A DNA stretch of 24,078 bases, taken from Candidatus Hydrothermales bacterium (lineage in GTDB: Bacteria > Hydrothermota > Hydrothermia > Hydrothermales > JAJRUZ01). Where the stretch lies: assembly GCA_039630575.1 (NCBI GenBank), contig JBCNUW010000025.1:1-24078 (forward strand), given 5' to 3'. Shown one piece after another: positions 1-10,866 of the stretch (position 1 is its first letter; every line of letters starts with the position of its first letter). The translations under genes and the position numbers were made by a program. The notes beneath the pieces were generated by a model. That model was not told the DNA's origin. It saw nothing but the letters and a program-made list of their open reading frames with translations, and did not search any database.

Positions 1-143
1 GGAATTTAAACGCCTTAGCAGCAATTGTTTTTAAACCGGCAATTGCTGGTTGCAATGTGCCAAAGAGGAATTTAAACGCTCGATCTGGCTTATATTTCAT
101 TTTAAATTCATAATGTTGCAATGTGCCTTAGAGAAATTTAATA
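1..143 (+). CRISPR. Trailer end of a CRISPR array; repeat GTTGCAATGTGCCAAAGAGGAATTTAAAC (29 bp), two 37-bp spacers
   Basis: Partial repeat at 1-11 (GGAATTTAAAC), full repeat at 49-77, degenerate repeat at 115-143 (GTTGCAATGTGCCTTAGAGAAATTTAATA, 5 mismatches). Spacers 12-48 and 78-114 are unrelated and both 37 bp. The GTT...ATTTAAAC ends resemble the ATTGAAAC-type repeats of type I-B/III arrays. The degenerate last repeat implies the leader lies left of the window. Confidence 0.85.
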
Positions 144-164
144 ATTTTTGTTAAGAAAATGGTG

Positions 165-194
165 TTGATAAAATGAAAAGAAGTTTCTTATAAT
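165..194 (+). promoter_or_regulatory. Putative sigma70 promoter for rmuC
   Basis: TTGATA (165-170), 18-bp spacer, TATAAT (189-194); GGAG at 209-212 precedes ATG 223. Confidence 0.5.
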
Positions 195-222
195 TATTTT
201 TTTAAAATGGAGATGAAAAGAT

Positions 223-1164
223 ATGATATGGGGGATTGTGGTAATCTTTTTAATTATCATTTCTTTTATCTTCCTTTATTTGAAGATTGAAGAATTAAGG
301 AAAAATGAATCAATAAGGCTGTTGCAGGATCAGATTAATGGATTAAGAATGGAATTAAATCAAACTTTACAACATACAACTGGCAATATTAATTTAAGAC
401 TTGATAAAACCCATGAAATTTTTTCTCAGGTTAGTGAAAAATTAGGTGGGCTTGCTGAGGCTACAAAAAGAGTCATTGAACTCGGTGAAGACATTAAAAA
501 ATTAGAAGATTTATTAAAACCACCAAAACTTCGTGGTGCTTTAGGAGAAATTCTTCTTCAAAATCTATTATCCCAGGTACTTCCAAAAGAGAATTATGAA
601 ATTCAATATGTATTTAAAAAAGGTGAAAAAGTTGATGCGATAATTAAAATAGGGGATAAAATTGTGCCAATTGATGCCAAGTTTCCATTAGAAAGTTTTA
701 ATAAGATGATGAGCGCCGAAAATGAGGAAAAATATAAAGAATATAGAAAGGAATTTATTAAGAGGATAAAAGAAAGGATTAATGAAACTGCTAAATATAT
801 TTTGCCAACAGAAGGAACATTTGATTTTGCTTTGATGTATATTCCTGCTGAAAATGTGTACTATGAAGCAGTTGTAAAGGATCAGGAGGTATTTGATTAT
901 TTTTTAAATAAAAAAGTTATTCCTGTTTCACCAAATTCTTTTTATGCTTATTTAAGTTCAATTCTTTATGGACTGAGAGGTTTAAAAATTGAGGAAAAAG
1001 CAAAGGAGGTCGTTAGTGCATTACAAAAGATTGAAAATGACATAAGGGAAATAAAGGAATTCTTTGAGCGTGCAAGAACCCAACTCAAAAATTCAATTGA
1101 GAATCTTGATAAAGTAGATAAAAAAATTGATGAGTTAATAAGAGCTATTACATTAATAAAATAA
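223..1164 (+). CDS. rmuC: DNA recombination protein RmuC family
   Basis: N-terminal TM helix and coiled coil, then PKLRGALGEILL, VDAII..IVPIDAKFP (PD-(D/E)xK-like), GTFDFALMYIPAENVYYE and IPVSPNS motifs typical of RmuC. Confidence 0.92.
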   Translation: MIWGIVVIFLIIISFIFLYLKIEELRKNESIRLLQDQINGLRMELNQTLQHTTGNINLRLDKTHEIFSQVSEKLGGLAEATKRVIELGEDIKKLEDLLKPPKLRGALGEILLQNLLSQVLPKENYEIQYVFKKGEKVDAIIKIGDKIVPIDAKFPLESFNKMMSAENEEKYKEYRKEFIKRIKERINETAKYILPTEGTFDFALMYIPAENVYYEAVVKDQEVFDYFLNKKVIPVSPNSFYAYLSSILYGLRGLKIEEKAKEVVSALQKIENDIREIKEFFERARTQLKNSIENLDKVDKKIDELIRAITLIK

Positions 1165-1215
1165 TTGACTTTTAATAAAAAAAGAATAAAATTTTTAAAT
1201 TAAAAAAAGGAGGTG
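1165..1215 (+). promoter_or_regulatory. Orphan promoter and Shine-Dalgarno site
   Basis: TTGACT (1165-1170), 16 bp, TAAAAT (1187-1192), then AGGAGGTG (1208-1215) with no intact ORF following. Confidence 0.45.
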
Positions 1216-1320
1216 AAAAGTAATAAAAAAATTTTTTAGTAATTCTAACTTTTAAAATTCCTGTAGTTTTCAAGGTGGAAATCATTGATCTCTTAAATTT
1301 TTAGGTTAAAAATTTAAAAA

Positions 1321-2298
1321 TACATAGTACCAACTTTTAACTAAATTTTTGTCTAACAAAAACACTTCTCTCTTTTCTGAAAAATTTTAGAAGACATTGG
1401 ATGATTTGAAAAATGAATTAAAATTAAATTTTTAAAACAAAAAAATTAAAAAGAGAAATGGTGCAAAGAAAAATTAAAGGAGATTGCTTTAAAAAGGGTG
1501 AAAGTTATCAGGTTCTTTTATATATGGTGTGTAAACAACAAAAGATTCTCTTGGAGTAGCAAGATTTACTGTTTATTTATGGGGAAAGAAGTATAAAGAC
1601 TCTGGATATAAATAGAATCTCTTATTCCTAAATCAAGGGCAACTATAAGAAGAAAACAAAAAACTCTTTATACTGAGATAGTGGAATTTATAAAGAAAAA
1701 AGATGGGAATATCCAAGAATGGGATAAGACAGTTTGAAAGTGCTATTTGATGAGCCTTGTAAAGAGAAGAAGTTAAAATCTCTTTCTGCATCTACTATTG
1801 CAAGGATTATAAGATATTTAAAAGACAGGAATTAAAGACTAAATCAGAAAAGAAAAATATTTTTCTATGGAAACTCTTAAAAGTAGTATAAAAGAAAAAA
1901 AGAAAAGACTAAGAAGAGGAAACTATACTTCTTCTTTTCCAGGATATTTAGTTCAAATAGATAGTGTTGCTATTTTTTAAACGGAATAAAAAGATATATT
2001 TTTTGGTGCAATTAATTTAAAAACAAAATTTGCTTATGCTTACACGTGGAGATAATGGAAGTGAATTTGCCTGGGCTTTTAAGAAATTATTGCGGAGTAA
2101 CGGAATTATACATTTTAATCGCTACTCTAGGGACCCTCAAAGTAATGCCTCTATCCTACTCTGAAAACCTTATTGAACCAGAAAAATTTAATGTTGATTT
2201 AAACCTCATACTTCATTAAATAAAAATTCTCCTCCTAATTATTTTTACAAAAATATATTAATAACCTTCATCAGTCTAAAATGTTATGGAATTATACA
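1321..2298 (+). mobile_element. Decayed IS481-family insertion sequence (rve/DDE transposase pseudogene); left boundary uncertain
   Basis: Manual translation across stops and frameshifts gives ALKRVKVIRFF..YGV*TTKDSLGVARFTVYLWGKKY..ESLIPKSRA (HTH), EIVEFIKKKRWEYPRMG*..SASTIARII, PGYLVQIDSV, GAINLKTKFAYAY, DNGSEF, DPQSNA, KPHTSLN and QSKMLWNYT ending in ACA at 2298. TACATAGTACCA at 1321 partially matches the inverted right end TGTATAATTCCA. Confidence 0.82.
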
Positions 2299-2352
2299 CT
2301 TATTTGACTTTTTTGAATTTATTTATAATCAAATTTTAAAAAAAGAGAAAGT

Positions 2353-2830
2353 ATGAAATTCTTAATAGGACTAATAATATTATCAAAAGTGGAAATAATT
2401 TGGGAAAAAGCAGATATAACTTCTCCAGATACATTCCGTTTCCATCATTTTATAATGATATGACTTCATTTTACTTTTTAAAGAAAAAGAATATTATAAA
2501 TGGAAAGCCAAGGAGGGAGGAAATGCAGGAGTCATATGTGTGGTAGATGAAAAGGGTGCTGTTGAATATAAACCTCCGGTATTAGGTGCATATCAAAAAA
2601 GTAATTGATGCCAATATTTAGGACAAAACTAGTGAGGGAGTTCCTAAATATCCAAGTGAAGAGAAGACAACTGGAAGGAAATTTATTTTTCATTATTTAT
2701 AATAAAATCTGATTCTTCTATCTCAACTTTTGAGCGAACGGGAGGTAAAGAAGGTCCTAAGCAAAATACTTTGATAGTATTTTCACATGGACCTAAACTC
2801 CGTGCAGGTTTATATGCTTCTCAAAGGGGA
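2353..2830 (+). pseudogene. Fragmented remnant of a probable exported protein gene
   Basis: ATG 2353 gives MKFLIGLIILSKVEIIWEK..., stopping at 2463. Further coding-like fragments follow (AKEGGNAGVICVVDEKGAVEYKPP; FERTGGKEGPKQNTLIVFSHGP). No family recognised. Confidence 0.35.
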
Positions 2831-3007
2831 GAATAGGTTAAAGTTATGGAATTTGATCCATCTTATGAAATTACAATTCTGCTCAAAGTTGGAGAGAAAT
2901 TAAAAATTTCTCCTATTTTGAAAGTGAAGAAATATCTCAATTCATTATTCTGTCTATACCAAAAGTTGCAAAAAAATTTGAAAAAAAATCATGGAAAAGG
3001 AGTCAAA

Positions 3008-3790
3008 ATGAAGACAATTTTTAAACTTTTACTTTTTTGTTTTTCTCTGGCAGAATTAAAGGCTTTACAATGGGATGAAATCATTTTAGAAGTAAAATTG
3101 GATACTACAACTTATCATCAAGGTTACGAAGGAGTAGTCACACTCGTTATAAAAAGTAAATGTCCTGATGATTTAAAGATTACTTGGGTTGGTATAAATT
3201 TTGAATGGGTGGAAAAGGGATATTATTATAAGGTAGAACAAATTGAGGAAAGTACTTTATTTTTATCTTCGTACGGTGTAGCGAAGCTATCCATTCTTTT
3301 TCTATTCCATCGCATGCAAAGGTAGGGTGGAATAAATGGCAAGTATTTCTTAAATGTATTCAATATAAAGAATACGGTCTTACCGAAGAAGAATGGGAAT
3401 CTTTGATTCAGCAAATATATATTCATGATGCATATGAAAAAATATATAATGAACTTATTGATAAAATTTCACAAAATTTAACAGAGGCTGAAGAATATAA
3501 AAAATCCAGAAGTATTAAGATTAGTAACTAAAGCTAAAAATGAATATGATTTGGGAGTTTCTATTGCACAACGAGGAAAATGGGAGCAGGCAGTTTTTTG
3601 TTTAAAAAAACTCTTATAATTTTCTAATAGAAGCTGAAATTGTTGAGTGATGATTTACAGAAACTTCAAAACAACGTACCCAAAAATTCCCAGTATTTCT
3701 ACTTTATGCCACAGGATTAATTTTACTAATCACAGGAGTAATGGTACTTTTGTTTAGAATAAAAAAGTTTAAAACCGAAAAATCTAATTA
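3008..3790 (+). pseudogene. Frameshifted gene for an exported, C-terminally membrane-anchored protein
   Basis: AAGGAG precedes ATG 3008 (MKTIFKLLLFCFSLAELKA, signal-like). The reading continues via shifts at T5 (3297-3301), A6 (3499-3504) and A7 (3604-3610) tracts and TGA-TGA (3648-3653): FSIPSHAKVGW..IHDAYEKIYNEL..NPEVLRLVTKAKNEYDLGVSIAQRGKWEQAV..VFLLYATGLILLITGVMVLLFRIKK. The ORF-track start at 2846 is probably not the real start. Confidence 0.7.
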
Positions 3791-4037
3791 TAAAATTATT
3801 TTCACTCAATCTCAATTATTATTCTTGTATTTTCATCAATATTTCAAAAATAAAATCTATTTTTTCTTGGGTAAAATTTTTTTATTCTATCAGCCTATTC
3901 TATAAAAAACTATTCCTTCAACCTATATAAATCAACATTTTAAAAATTTAAATTTGGCAAGTAATAAATAAAAATATAAACAAAGATTTATAATCTTATC
4001 TTTTCTATTCCAGAGCACTCTGCACTACCTCTTATAA

Positions 4038-5766
4038 CCCATGTTTGCCAACTTAATTTAAAAATCGTTGAATATCAATCATTTTGATCTTTCCCTACCG
4101 AAAAGTATTACCCTATTTTACATCAAAAACCTCAAATACCTTCCTTTCTATAGCTCCTAAATCCTATTTTAAAAAATAAAATCTTTTCTTTGCTTAATCT
4201 CTATTTCTACCGCATCTTTTGGCTCCTTGAAAAATTTATAACTTCTTTTACACTTAATTTTAGCCTTTTCTTTTTTAAAGTCTTATAAATTGTTTTCTCA
4301 ACTAAATAACCAAGAACTGCAACAAATATATGAGCTTCTCTATTTTTAGTCTTGTGATAAATAGGTCTTATCTTTATAAATTCCTTTATTTCCCTAAATT
4401 CACTCTACCCACCATAACCTCTTATATTCCCTTATTATGCTCTTTATATCTAAATCATTCTTGGTTTTAATAAATATTCCCCCTCTGTTTTCTCTTCTTG
4501 CACAATCTTTTCTTTACTCAAAAAGTATTCAAATCTTTCTTCTCCTATTTTAAAATCAAATACCTCTTTATATAATTTGACTCCGATCATCCCTAAATAA
4601 AAACTTATCTTCCTTTATCTTCTGAATTACCACCTTTTACTCTTTCTTTTAACTTTTCAAACTTTTTTATACCTTTTTGAATCCACCCTTTCCTAATTTC
4701 TCTCTCATATTCTTTTTTCTTCTACTATATACTAAAATCCGCCTGTCTTTATCTTCTTTTATTTTCACATATTATACGCCTTTTATATCTTCCCTCCACT
4801 CTAATTCACCAATTTTCCAATCACATCTTCCCCAGATTTTCTTTTTCCTATACTCGCACCTAAAATGTATTCATAACCAAAATAAAAGTTATCCCTTTAA
4901 CCGCTACAAATATAACTTTCTCAATTCCAAATCTTTTATTTGAGTCTTTTAAAGCATTTTCAAGTGTAGGTTTAACTTGCATATTTTCCTTAAAAACATA
5001 ATGAAAACAGGAAATCCCTTTAACATCACTATTCCTAGTAAAACCTGTGTATTGCATAACTTTTCATCCCTTTAATAACTAAAGCCAGCAAGACCTTTAG
5101 ACCCTTTACCTTCAAAAGTTAATGAGAATAAATTTTTGAATTATTGTATATCTTTACCTCTATTTCTTCTTTATTTTTAATTAGTTCATCTAAAACAGTA
5201 TACCACTTTTTAGGTTTTCCCTACTTCACTTTCACTCTTTTTTATCATTTATTCACTTCTTCTAAGGCTTCTTTAAAAAAAGCTCAAATCCTTTACTATT
5301 TCTATAATAAACAAAATACTTTTTCAAAAAATGAGATAAACTACATTCAGAGGTAGGCATACATAAACGAGAGGCAACAAACACAAAAAAGCTTTCGGCT
5401 ATTTCAACACAAAATTTCTTTAAACATCTTTTCTAGACACAGCTTTTCTAATATTTTCCCTATTATCATAATAGGTTCAAAAAATCAAGCTTTTTAGGAG
5501 GTAAGTTCATCTTCTGTAAATTCTTTTAATTTAAAAAATTTTCTTAAAGAAAAAAATAAGTCGTGCAACTTCTTTTTTATTTAACTTATAAACCCTTTCT
5601 AATTAGCAATCACTTCCCTTAAAAATTTAAAAATTCAAGCCAATTTTTAAAAATTTGTATCTACAAAAATTAAAGGGGTCTAAAATCAAAAATTTTTGAA
5701 AATCAGACGACTTTAAAATTATAAAGCACTAAAAAAATTTTTAAATTTAAAAATTACAAACATGGG
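4038..5766 (-). mobile_element. Decayed IS1634-family insertion sequence with terminal inverted repeats
   Basis: Exact 10-bp TIR CCCATGTTTG (4038-4047) / CAAACATGGG (5757-5766), with ATAA on both flanks (4034-4037, 5767-5770; candidate target duplication). Encloses transposase fragments. Confidence 0.85.
4113..5620 (-). pseudogene. IS1634-family transposase pseudogene
   Basis: Minus-strand fragments REVIAN, FVFVASRLCMPTSE, WYTVLDELIKNKEEIE, QVLLGIVM, RFGIEKVIFVAVKG (eroded ADRG), EYKRLWWVE-EFREIKEFIKIRPIYHKTKNREAHIFVAVLGYL and VFEVFDVK*. Many stops, frameshifts and deletions. The track ORF 4860..5057 is one piece of this. Confidence 0.88.
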
Positions 5767-5848
5767 ATAATATATAACTAAAATTTAAAATAAAAAATTT
5801 GAAAATTTTATCCAAAGAAAATAAAATAATAAAATTTTAAAAATATAC

Positions 5849-8071
5849 ATGAACGAAAAAAAACTAAAAATCAAAATCGGTGGCATGCATTGCCCAACCT
5901 GCGCTAAAAATATCGAAAACTCACTCAAAAAATTAAAAGGCATCAATAACGTAAATATTAACCTCCTCAAGGAAACAGCAACAATCACATACGATGAATC
6001 CCTAATAAAAATTGAAAATATAAGAAAAAACATCGAACAAACTGGCTACGAATTTCTTGGAATCATATCCGAAGACAACAACGAACTCGAAAAAAGAAAA
6101 AAAATTACAAAAGATCTCAAAAAGAGATTAATCATCGGCTACACAACAGGTCTAATACTACTTTTACTAATGTATATAGATCACCTCGGAATAAAACTAA
6201 AAAATCAAAACCTATTAAAGATAATCCAATTTCTCATAACAACCCCTACACTGACTTACATAGCTGGACCCATATTTAATAAATCCTTAAAAAACCTAAA
6301 AAACAAAAATCTTAACATGGATGTTATGTACGCAATAGGAATAGGCGCATCATATATCTCAAGTGTTTTTACTACTTTAAATTTGGTACCAGAAAACTAT
6401 AACTTCTACGAAACCTCAATACTACTTGCAACTTTTTTAACTACCGGAAGATTACTTGAAAACATAGCTAAAAATAAAACAAATGAAGCAATTAAAAGGC
6501 TTATAGAACTTAAACCGAAAGAAGCAACACTTTTAGTAAATAATAAACAAATTAAAGTCCCAATAAATGAAGTTAAAAAAAACGACGTAATAATAACCAA
6601 ACCCGGAGAAAAAATACCTGTTGACGGTGTTGTAATAGAAGGCGAAAGCTACATAGATGAATCAATGGTAACTGGTGAACCTATACCAAACTTAAAAAAA
6701 GTTGGAGATGAAGTTGTAGGTGGAACTATAAACCTTAATAGTTACCTAAAAATAAAAGCAACCAAAGTAGGAAAAGAGTCATTTCTACATCAAATAATCA
6801 AATTGATTGAAGAAGCCCAAAACTCAAAACCTCCTGTAGAAAAACTTGCTGATAAAATAGTTTCAATCTTCATTCCAACTGTTATTACAATTTCCATCAT
6901 AACATTTTTATTTTGGAACTTTATATTTAAAGTTGAAACAATGGCTCCTTCACTCTTTGCGTTCATTTCAATGATTTCTGTTATGGTTGTAGCCTGTCCA
7001 TGCGCCTTTGGACTTGCAACTCCCACTGCTATAGCAGTAGGCATCGGAAAAGCTGCTGAACTCGGCATAATAATCAGAAACGGTGAAATCCTCGAAATTT
7101 TAAAAAAATCAACAACCTTCATTTTTGACAAAACTGGAACAATAACAAAAGGTAAACCAGAAGTAATTGATATCTTAACGTTTAACATAGATAAAAATGA
7201 ACTTTTATTTTACACCGCCTCTGCCGAAAAAAACTCAGAACACCCTATAGCTAAAGCAATCATAGCATACTCTGAAAATAGAAAAATAAATTTGATTGAC
7301 CCTGAAAAATTCGAAATTTATCCAGGTAAAGGTATAAAAGCAAAAATCTTAGGAAAAGAAATCATTGTAGGAAACAAGACATACATAAAAGAGTCTAAAA
7401 TAAAAATCAGCGAGGAAATAGAAAAAGAAATAGAAAAATTTGAGGAAGATGCAAAAACTTGTATCATAACATCTATTGATAGAGAAATAAAGGGTATTAT
7501 AACAGTATCAGATTCTATTAAAGAAAACTCAAAATTAATTATAGAATATTTAAAAAAGAAAAAAAAAGATGTATACATGATAACAGGTGACTCAAAAAAA
7601 TCCGCTTTCGCTATATCAAAAAAAGTCGGGATTGAAAATGTTTTTTCTGAAGTATTACCCCAAGAAAAACAAAAAATAGTTAAAAAGCTAAAGGAAAAAA
7701 ATAAAATAGTCACCTTTATAGGAGACGGAATAAACGACTCACCTGCCCTTGCCCAATCAGATATTGCAATTACCTTTGGTTCCGGAACAGATATTGCAAT
7801 AGAAAACAGTGACATAATACTTTTAAAAGATGATCCTAAAGATATTGCTATAGCTATTGAACTATCAAAAAAAACCCTAAATAAAATAATAAGCAACATC
7901 TTCTGGGCATTGATATATAACACCATTTTGATACCTCTTGCAGCTGGCCTCTCCTATCCACTTTTTAAAACTCCATTCAGACCAGAATGGGCAGCTATAG
8001 CAATGATACTAAGCTCTCTATCTGTCATAACTAATTCACTCCTTTTAAAAAGATTTAAACCAAAAATTTAA
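5849..8071 (+). CDS. copA: Cu(I)/Ag(I)-translocating P1B-1 ATPase
   Basis: N-terminal HMA GMHCPTC, TGEP, CPC, DKTGT, SEHP, GDGIND, YN in TM7 (LIYNTIL) and MxxSS in TM8 (MILSS). Confidence 0.95.
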   Translation: MNEKKLKIKIGGMHCPTCAKNIENSLKKLKGINNVNINLLKETATITYDESLIKIENIRKNIEQTGYEFLGIISEDNNELEKRKKITKDLKKRLIIGYTTGLILLLLMYIDHLGIKLKNQNLLKIIQFLITTPTLTYIAGPIFNKSLKNLKNKNLNMDVMYAIGIGASYISSVFTTLNLVPENYNFYETSILLATFLTTGRLLENIAKNKTNEAIKRLIELKPKEATLLVNNKQIKVPINEVKKNDVIITKPGEKIPVDGVVIEGESYIDESMVTGEPIPNLKKVGDEVVGGTINLNSYLKIKATKVGKESFLHQIIKLIEEAQNSKPPVEKLADKIVSIFIPTVITISIITFLFWNFIFKVETMAPSLFAFISMISVMVVACPCAFGLATPTAIAVGIGKAAELGIIIRNGEILEILKKSTTFIFDKTGTITKGKPEVIDILTFNIDKNELLFYTASAEKNSEHPIAKAIIAYSENRKINLIDPEKFEIYPGKGIKAKILGKEIIVGNKTYIKESKIKISEEIEKEIEKFEEDAKTCIITSIDREIKGIITVSDSIKENSKLIIEYLKKKKKDVYMITGDSKKSAFAISKKVGIENVFSEVLPQEKQKIVKKLKEKNKIVTFIGDGINDSPALAQSDIAITFGSGTDIAIENSDIILLKDDPKDIAIAIELSKKTLNKIISNIFWALIYNTILIPLAAGLSYPLFKTPFRPEWAAIAMILSSLSVITNSLLLKRFKPKI

Positions 8072-8139
8072 ATTAAAATATAACTTATTAAACTTACTTG
8101 AATTTAAAATAAATATCCTTTATTAATAATTAATACTGA

Positions 8140-10038
8140 GTGATGAAACTTAATAGGAAAAAACTATGTGAAAATTGTAAAAATAACTCAAAATTAGAAG
8201 AACCTAACGAAAAAAATAATAATCTAAAAGAGATTTTAATTATTCTTACATCATCGATAGTATTACTAATCACACTTTTTTTAAACACTAAAAATTCCTT
8301 AAAAACTCTAATTTTAATTATATCCTATCTAATATTAGCAGAGCCAATAATTAAAGGTGCAATAAAAAATTTTCTTAAAGGAAACTTTTTTAATGAACAT
8401 ACCTTGATGACTTTAGCCACATTAGGTGCAATAATTATTGATGAGATACCTGAAGCCGTTGCTGTAGCTTTTTTATACAGAATTGGCGAATTTCTCCAAA
8501 ACATATCGATAAAAAAATCTAAACAAAGAATAAAAGAAATTCTTGAATTAAAACCCAACTATGCGAACCTAAAAAAAGAGGGAAGCATACTAAAGGTAAA
8601 ACCTGAGGATGTAAAAAAAGAAGATATTATAGTTATAAAACCAGGGGAAAAAGTCCCACTTGACGGAATTATATTAAAGGGCGAATCAATAGTTGATACA
8701 TCACCTTTGACTGGAGAATCTACTCCAAGATTATATAAAAAGGGTGATGAAATATTAGCAGGAGTAATAAACAAAGACGGACTACTCGAGATAAAAGTAA
8801 CAAGAGAGTATAAAGAATCAAGTATATCAAAAATACTTAACCTAATAGAGAAAGCAAAAGAGAGAAAGGCAAATCCTGAAAAATTTATTACTAAATTTTC
8901 TAAATACTATACACCCTCTGTTATTATGTCAGCAATAGCCTTTGCCTTAGGAATGCCCCTTTTATCTGATATATCTTTAAACGAATCTGTTTATAGAGCT
9001 CTTGTGCTTCTTGTAATATCCTGTCCCTGTGCACTCGTAATAAGTGTTCCACTCTCTTACTTCATTGCATTAGGAAGTTGTTCAAAAAATGGTATCTTAG
9101 TTAAAGGTTCAAATTTCCTTGACACAATTAGTAATGTAAACTTTTTTGTATTTGATAAAACAGGAACCCTAACAGAGGGAGTATTTAAAGTTAAAGATAT
9201 TGTGAATTTTAATGGATTTAGTAAAGAGGAAATTATTGAACTCTCAGCCTTTGCAGAATATAACTCCAACCACCCTATAGCAAAAGCAATAATTGATTAT
9301 TATGGAAAAAAAATAAAGGATGTTGAATATGAAGAATTCCAAGAAAAATCAGGACTCGGAATAAAAGCAAAAATTAAAGGGAAAAGTATACTCATTGGTA
9401 GCGACAGATTCTTACACGAAAATAATATTAGCCACCAAATCTGCTATAGTGAAGGCACAACTGTTCACGTTGTAATAAATAACATATACGCTGGTTACTT
9501 CACAATATCAGATGAGATTCGAAAAGAAGTAAAAGAGCTTATAAATACCTTAAAGGAATTTGGAATCAAAACAGGAATGTTAACTGGTGATAGAAAAGTT
9601 CTGGCTGAAAGTATTTCAAAAAATTTAAAATTAGACTTCTTTAAAGCTGAACTTCTACCTCACGAAAAAGCAAAAGAAATAGAAAATTTAAGAAAAAAAT
9701 ATAAAGTCTCATTTGTGGGAGACGGAATAAATGATGCAGCAGCTATTGCAACATCAGATGTCGGAATCGCTATGGGTGCTATGGGTCAAGACGCAGCTAT
9801 AGAAAGCTCAGACATTGTTGTTATGGATGACAATCTATCAAAGATCAAAAAACTGATAAAAATATCAAAAAAAACTAAAAGAATTGTCCTAACAAACATA
9901 ATTTTAGCAATTTTAATAAAAGCAATATTTGTTTATCTTGGGTTTATGGGAATAGCAAAAATGTGGGAAGCAATATTTGCTGATATGGGAGTATCTATTC
10001 TTGCAATACTTAACTCCATGCGAATTGTAAAATCTTAA
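8140..10038 (+). CDS. cadA: Zn/Cd/Pb-translocating P1B-2 ATPase (CadA/ZntA type)
   Basis: FFNEHTLM, TGES, SCPC, DKTGT, SNHP, GDGINDA, K in TM7 (LIKAIF) and DxG in TM8 (ADMG). The short N-terminus has CENC but no HMA domain. Start is GTG 8140 or ATG 8143. Confidence 0.92.
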   Translation: MMKLNRKKLCENCKNNSKLEEPNEKNNNLKEILIILTSSIVLLITLFLNTKNSLKTLILIISYLILAEPIIKGAIKNFLKGNFFNEHTLMTLATLGAIIIDEIPEAVAVAFLYRIGEFLQNISIKKSKQRIKEILELKPNYANLKKEGSILKVKPEDVKKEDIIVIKPGEKVPLDGIILKGESIVDTSPLTGESTPRLYKKGDEILAGVINKDGLLEIKVTREYKESSISKILNLIEKAKERKANPEKFITKFSKYYTPSVIMSAIAFALGMPLLSDISLNESVYRALVLLVISCPCALVISVPLSYFIALGSCSKNGILVKGSNFLDTISNVNFFVFDKTGTLTEGVFKVKDIVNFNGFSKEEIIELSAFAEYNSNHPIAKAIIDYYGKKIKDVEYEEFQEKSGLGIKAKIKGKSILIGSDRFLHENNISHQICYSEGTTVHVVINNIYAGYFTISDEIRKEVKELINTLKEFGIKTGMLTGDRKVLAESISKNLKLDFFKAELLPHEKAKEIENLRKKYKVSFVGDGINDAAAIATSDVGIAMGAMGQDAAIESSDIVVMDDNLSKIKKLIKISKKTKRIVLTNIILAILIKAIFVYLGFMGIAKMWEAIFADMGVSILAILNSMRIVKS

Positions 10039-10866
10039 AATTTTTAAAAATTTCATTTAAATCCTCACTAACTTAAAAATCATGCTTCATAAAATAAATG
10101 TCTAAATAAACTCTAACATTTATGCGACTTGATAAGTTAGAATGTTTAAACCAAATTAATTTAGTTTCAGAACATGTCGCTTTTCCATTGATGATATTCA
10201 ATTTCTAATTAACTTTATCTTTACATCGTAAATATCCTCAAAGAATTTCTATGCTTAAAAATTTAGGAATAGTTAAAGGCTAAATACTCTTTAACTTTTA
10301 AAAAATAGATTCCAAATCTTCCTTAACTTATAAGAATTTTTTTTAAAGATCAAATTTAAAGTTCTTAAAACACTTATATCATAAAATTTTCTCTTTGAAG
10401 TTCCTTGCAAAAGTATAAAAGAATCATTCTTATTTATAACATCTTCTTAAAAAGCTCTAATCAGCATTTTTTTCTTTAGTTACTTTAGTAAGTACTTTAG
10501 AATATCCCTTTTAAACCTTACTATAAAAAAATTCTAAGCAAAATAAATCCTTAGCATCACCTTATTTAGTTCGATAAAGAAGTTTTTTAAAATATCAATT
10601 TCTTACTTTATTTCACAATATTAATTTATTCGATATTTAAAAACTATACCTTGGATTTAAAATTTCAAGTCTTAAAAAATATTTATTTCAAACTCTTCCT
10701 AACTATTTCACACAATTAAACAATTTTCATTAAAACCGAATATTAATTTATTGTTAATTTTATAATTTACTTATTAAAATTTTTAAATTATTTAAACTTG
10801 AAATTAATTAAAATTTATGTTATTTTATAAAACGGTTCAATCCCTAAATAAAATTAAGAACATATT

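Noticed and set aside
19..48. 9-bp inverted repeat CAGCAATTG/CAATTGCTG in spacer 1
   Set aside because: Confined to one spacer and built on the self-palindromic CAATTG; probably incidental to the protospacer.
2846..3007. N-terminal 54 codons of the track ORF 2846..3325
   Set aside because: The SD and signal peptide point to ATG 3008; the upstream part is open by chance or belongs to the previous remnant.
3700..3900. Apparent G-rich to C-rich switch as a replication terminus
   Set aside because: Largely explained by gene orientation (the plus-strand roadblock gene is G-rich again); no dif site found.
3226..6033. Track ORFs 3226..3426, 4677..4943, 5144..5356 and 5785..6033
   Set aside because: Antisense shadows of the pseudogene, the IS1634 transposase or copA; F/L/I-rich with no motifs.
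6406..9269. Minus-strand ORFs inside copA and cadA
   Set aside because: Antisense shadows of well-supported ATPase genes.
10112..10142. Imperfect dyad TCTAAC..TTAT..ATAA.GTTAGA considered as an attC or dif site
   Set aside because: Too short for attC, boxes do not fit RYYYAAC/GTTRRRY, poor match to XerC/XerD arms, and no integrase or second copy.
10040..10790. Possible minus-strand gene remnant in the long gap after cadA
   Set aside because: Only short open stretches (e.g. DVINKNDSFILLQGTSKRKFYD) with no recognisable family; cannot be supported without BLASTx.
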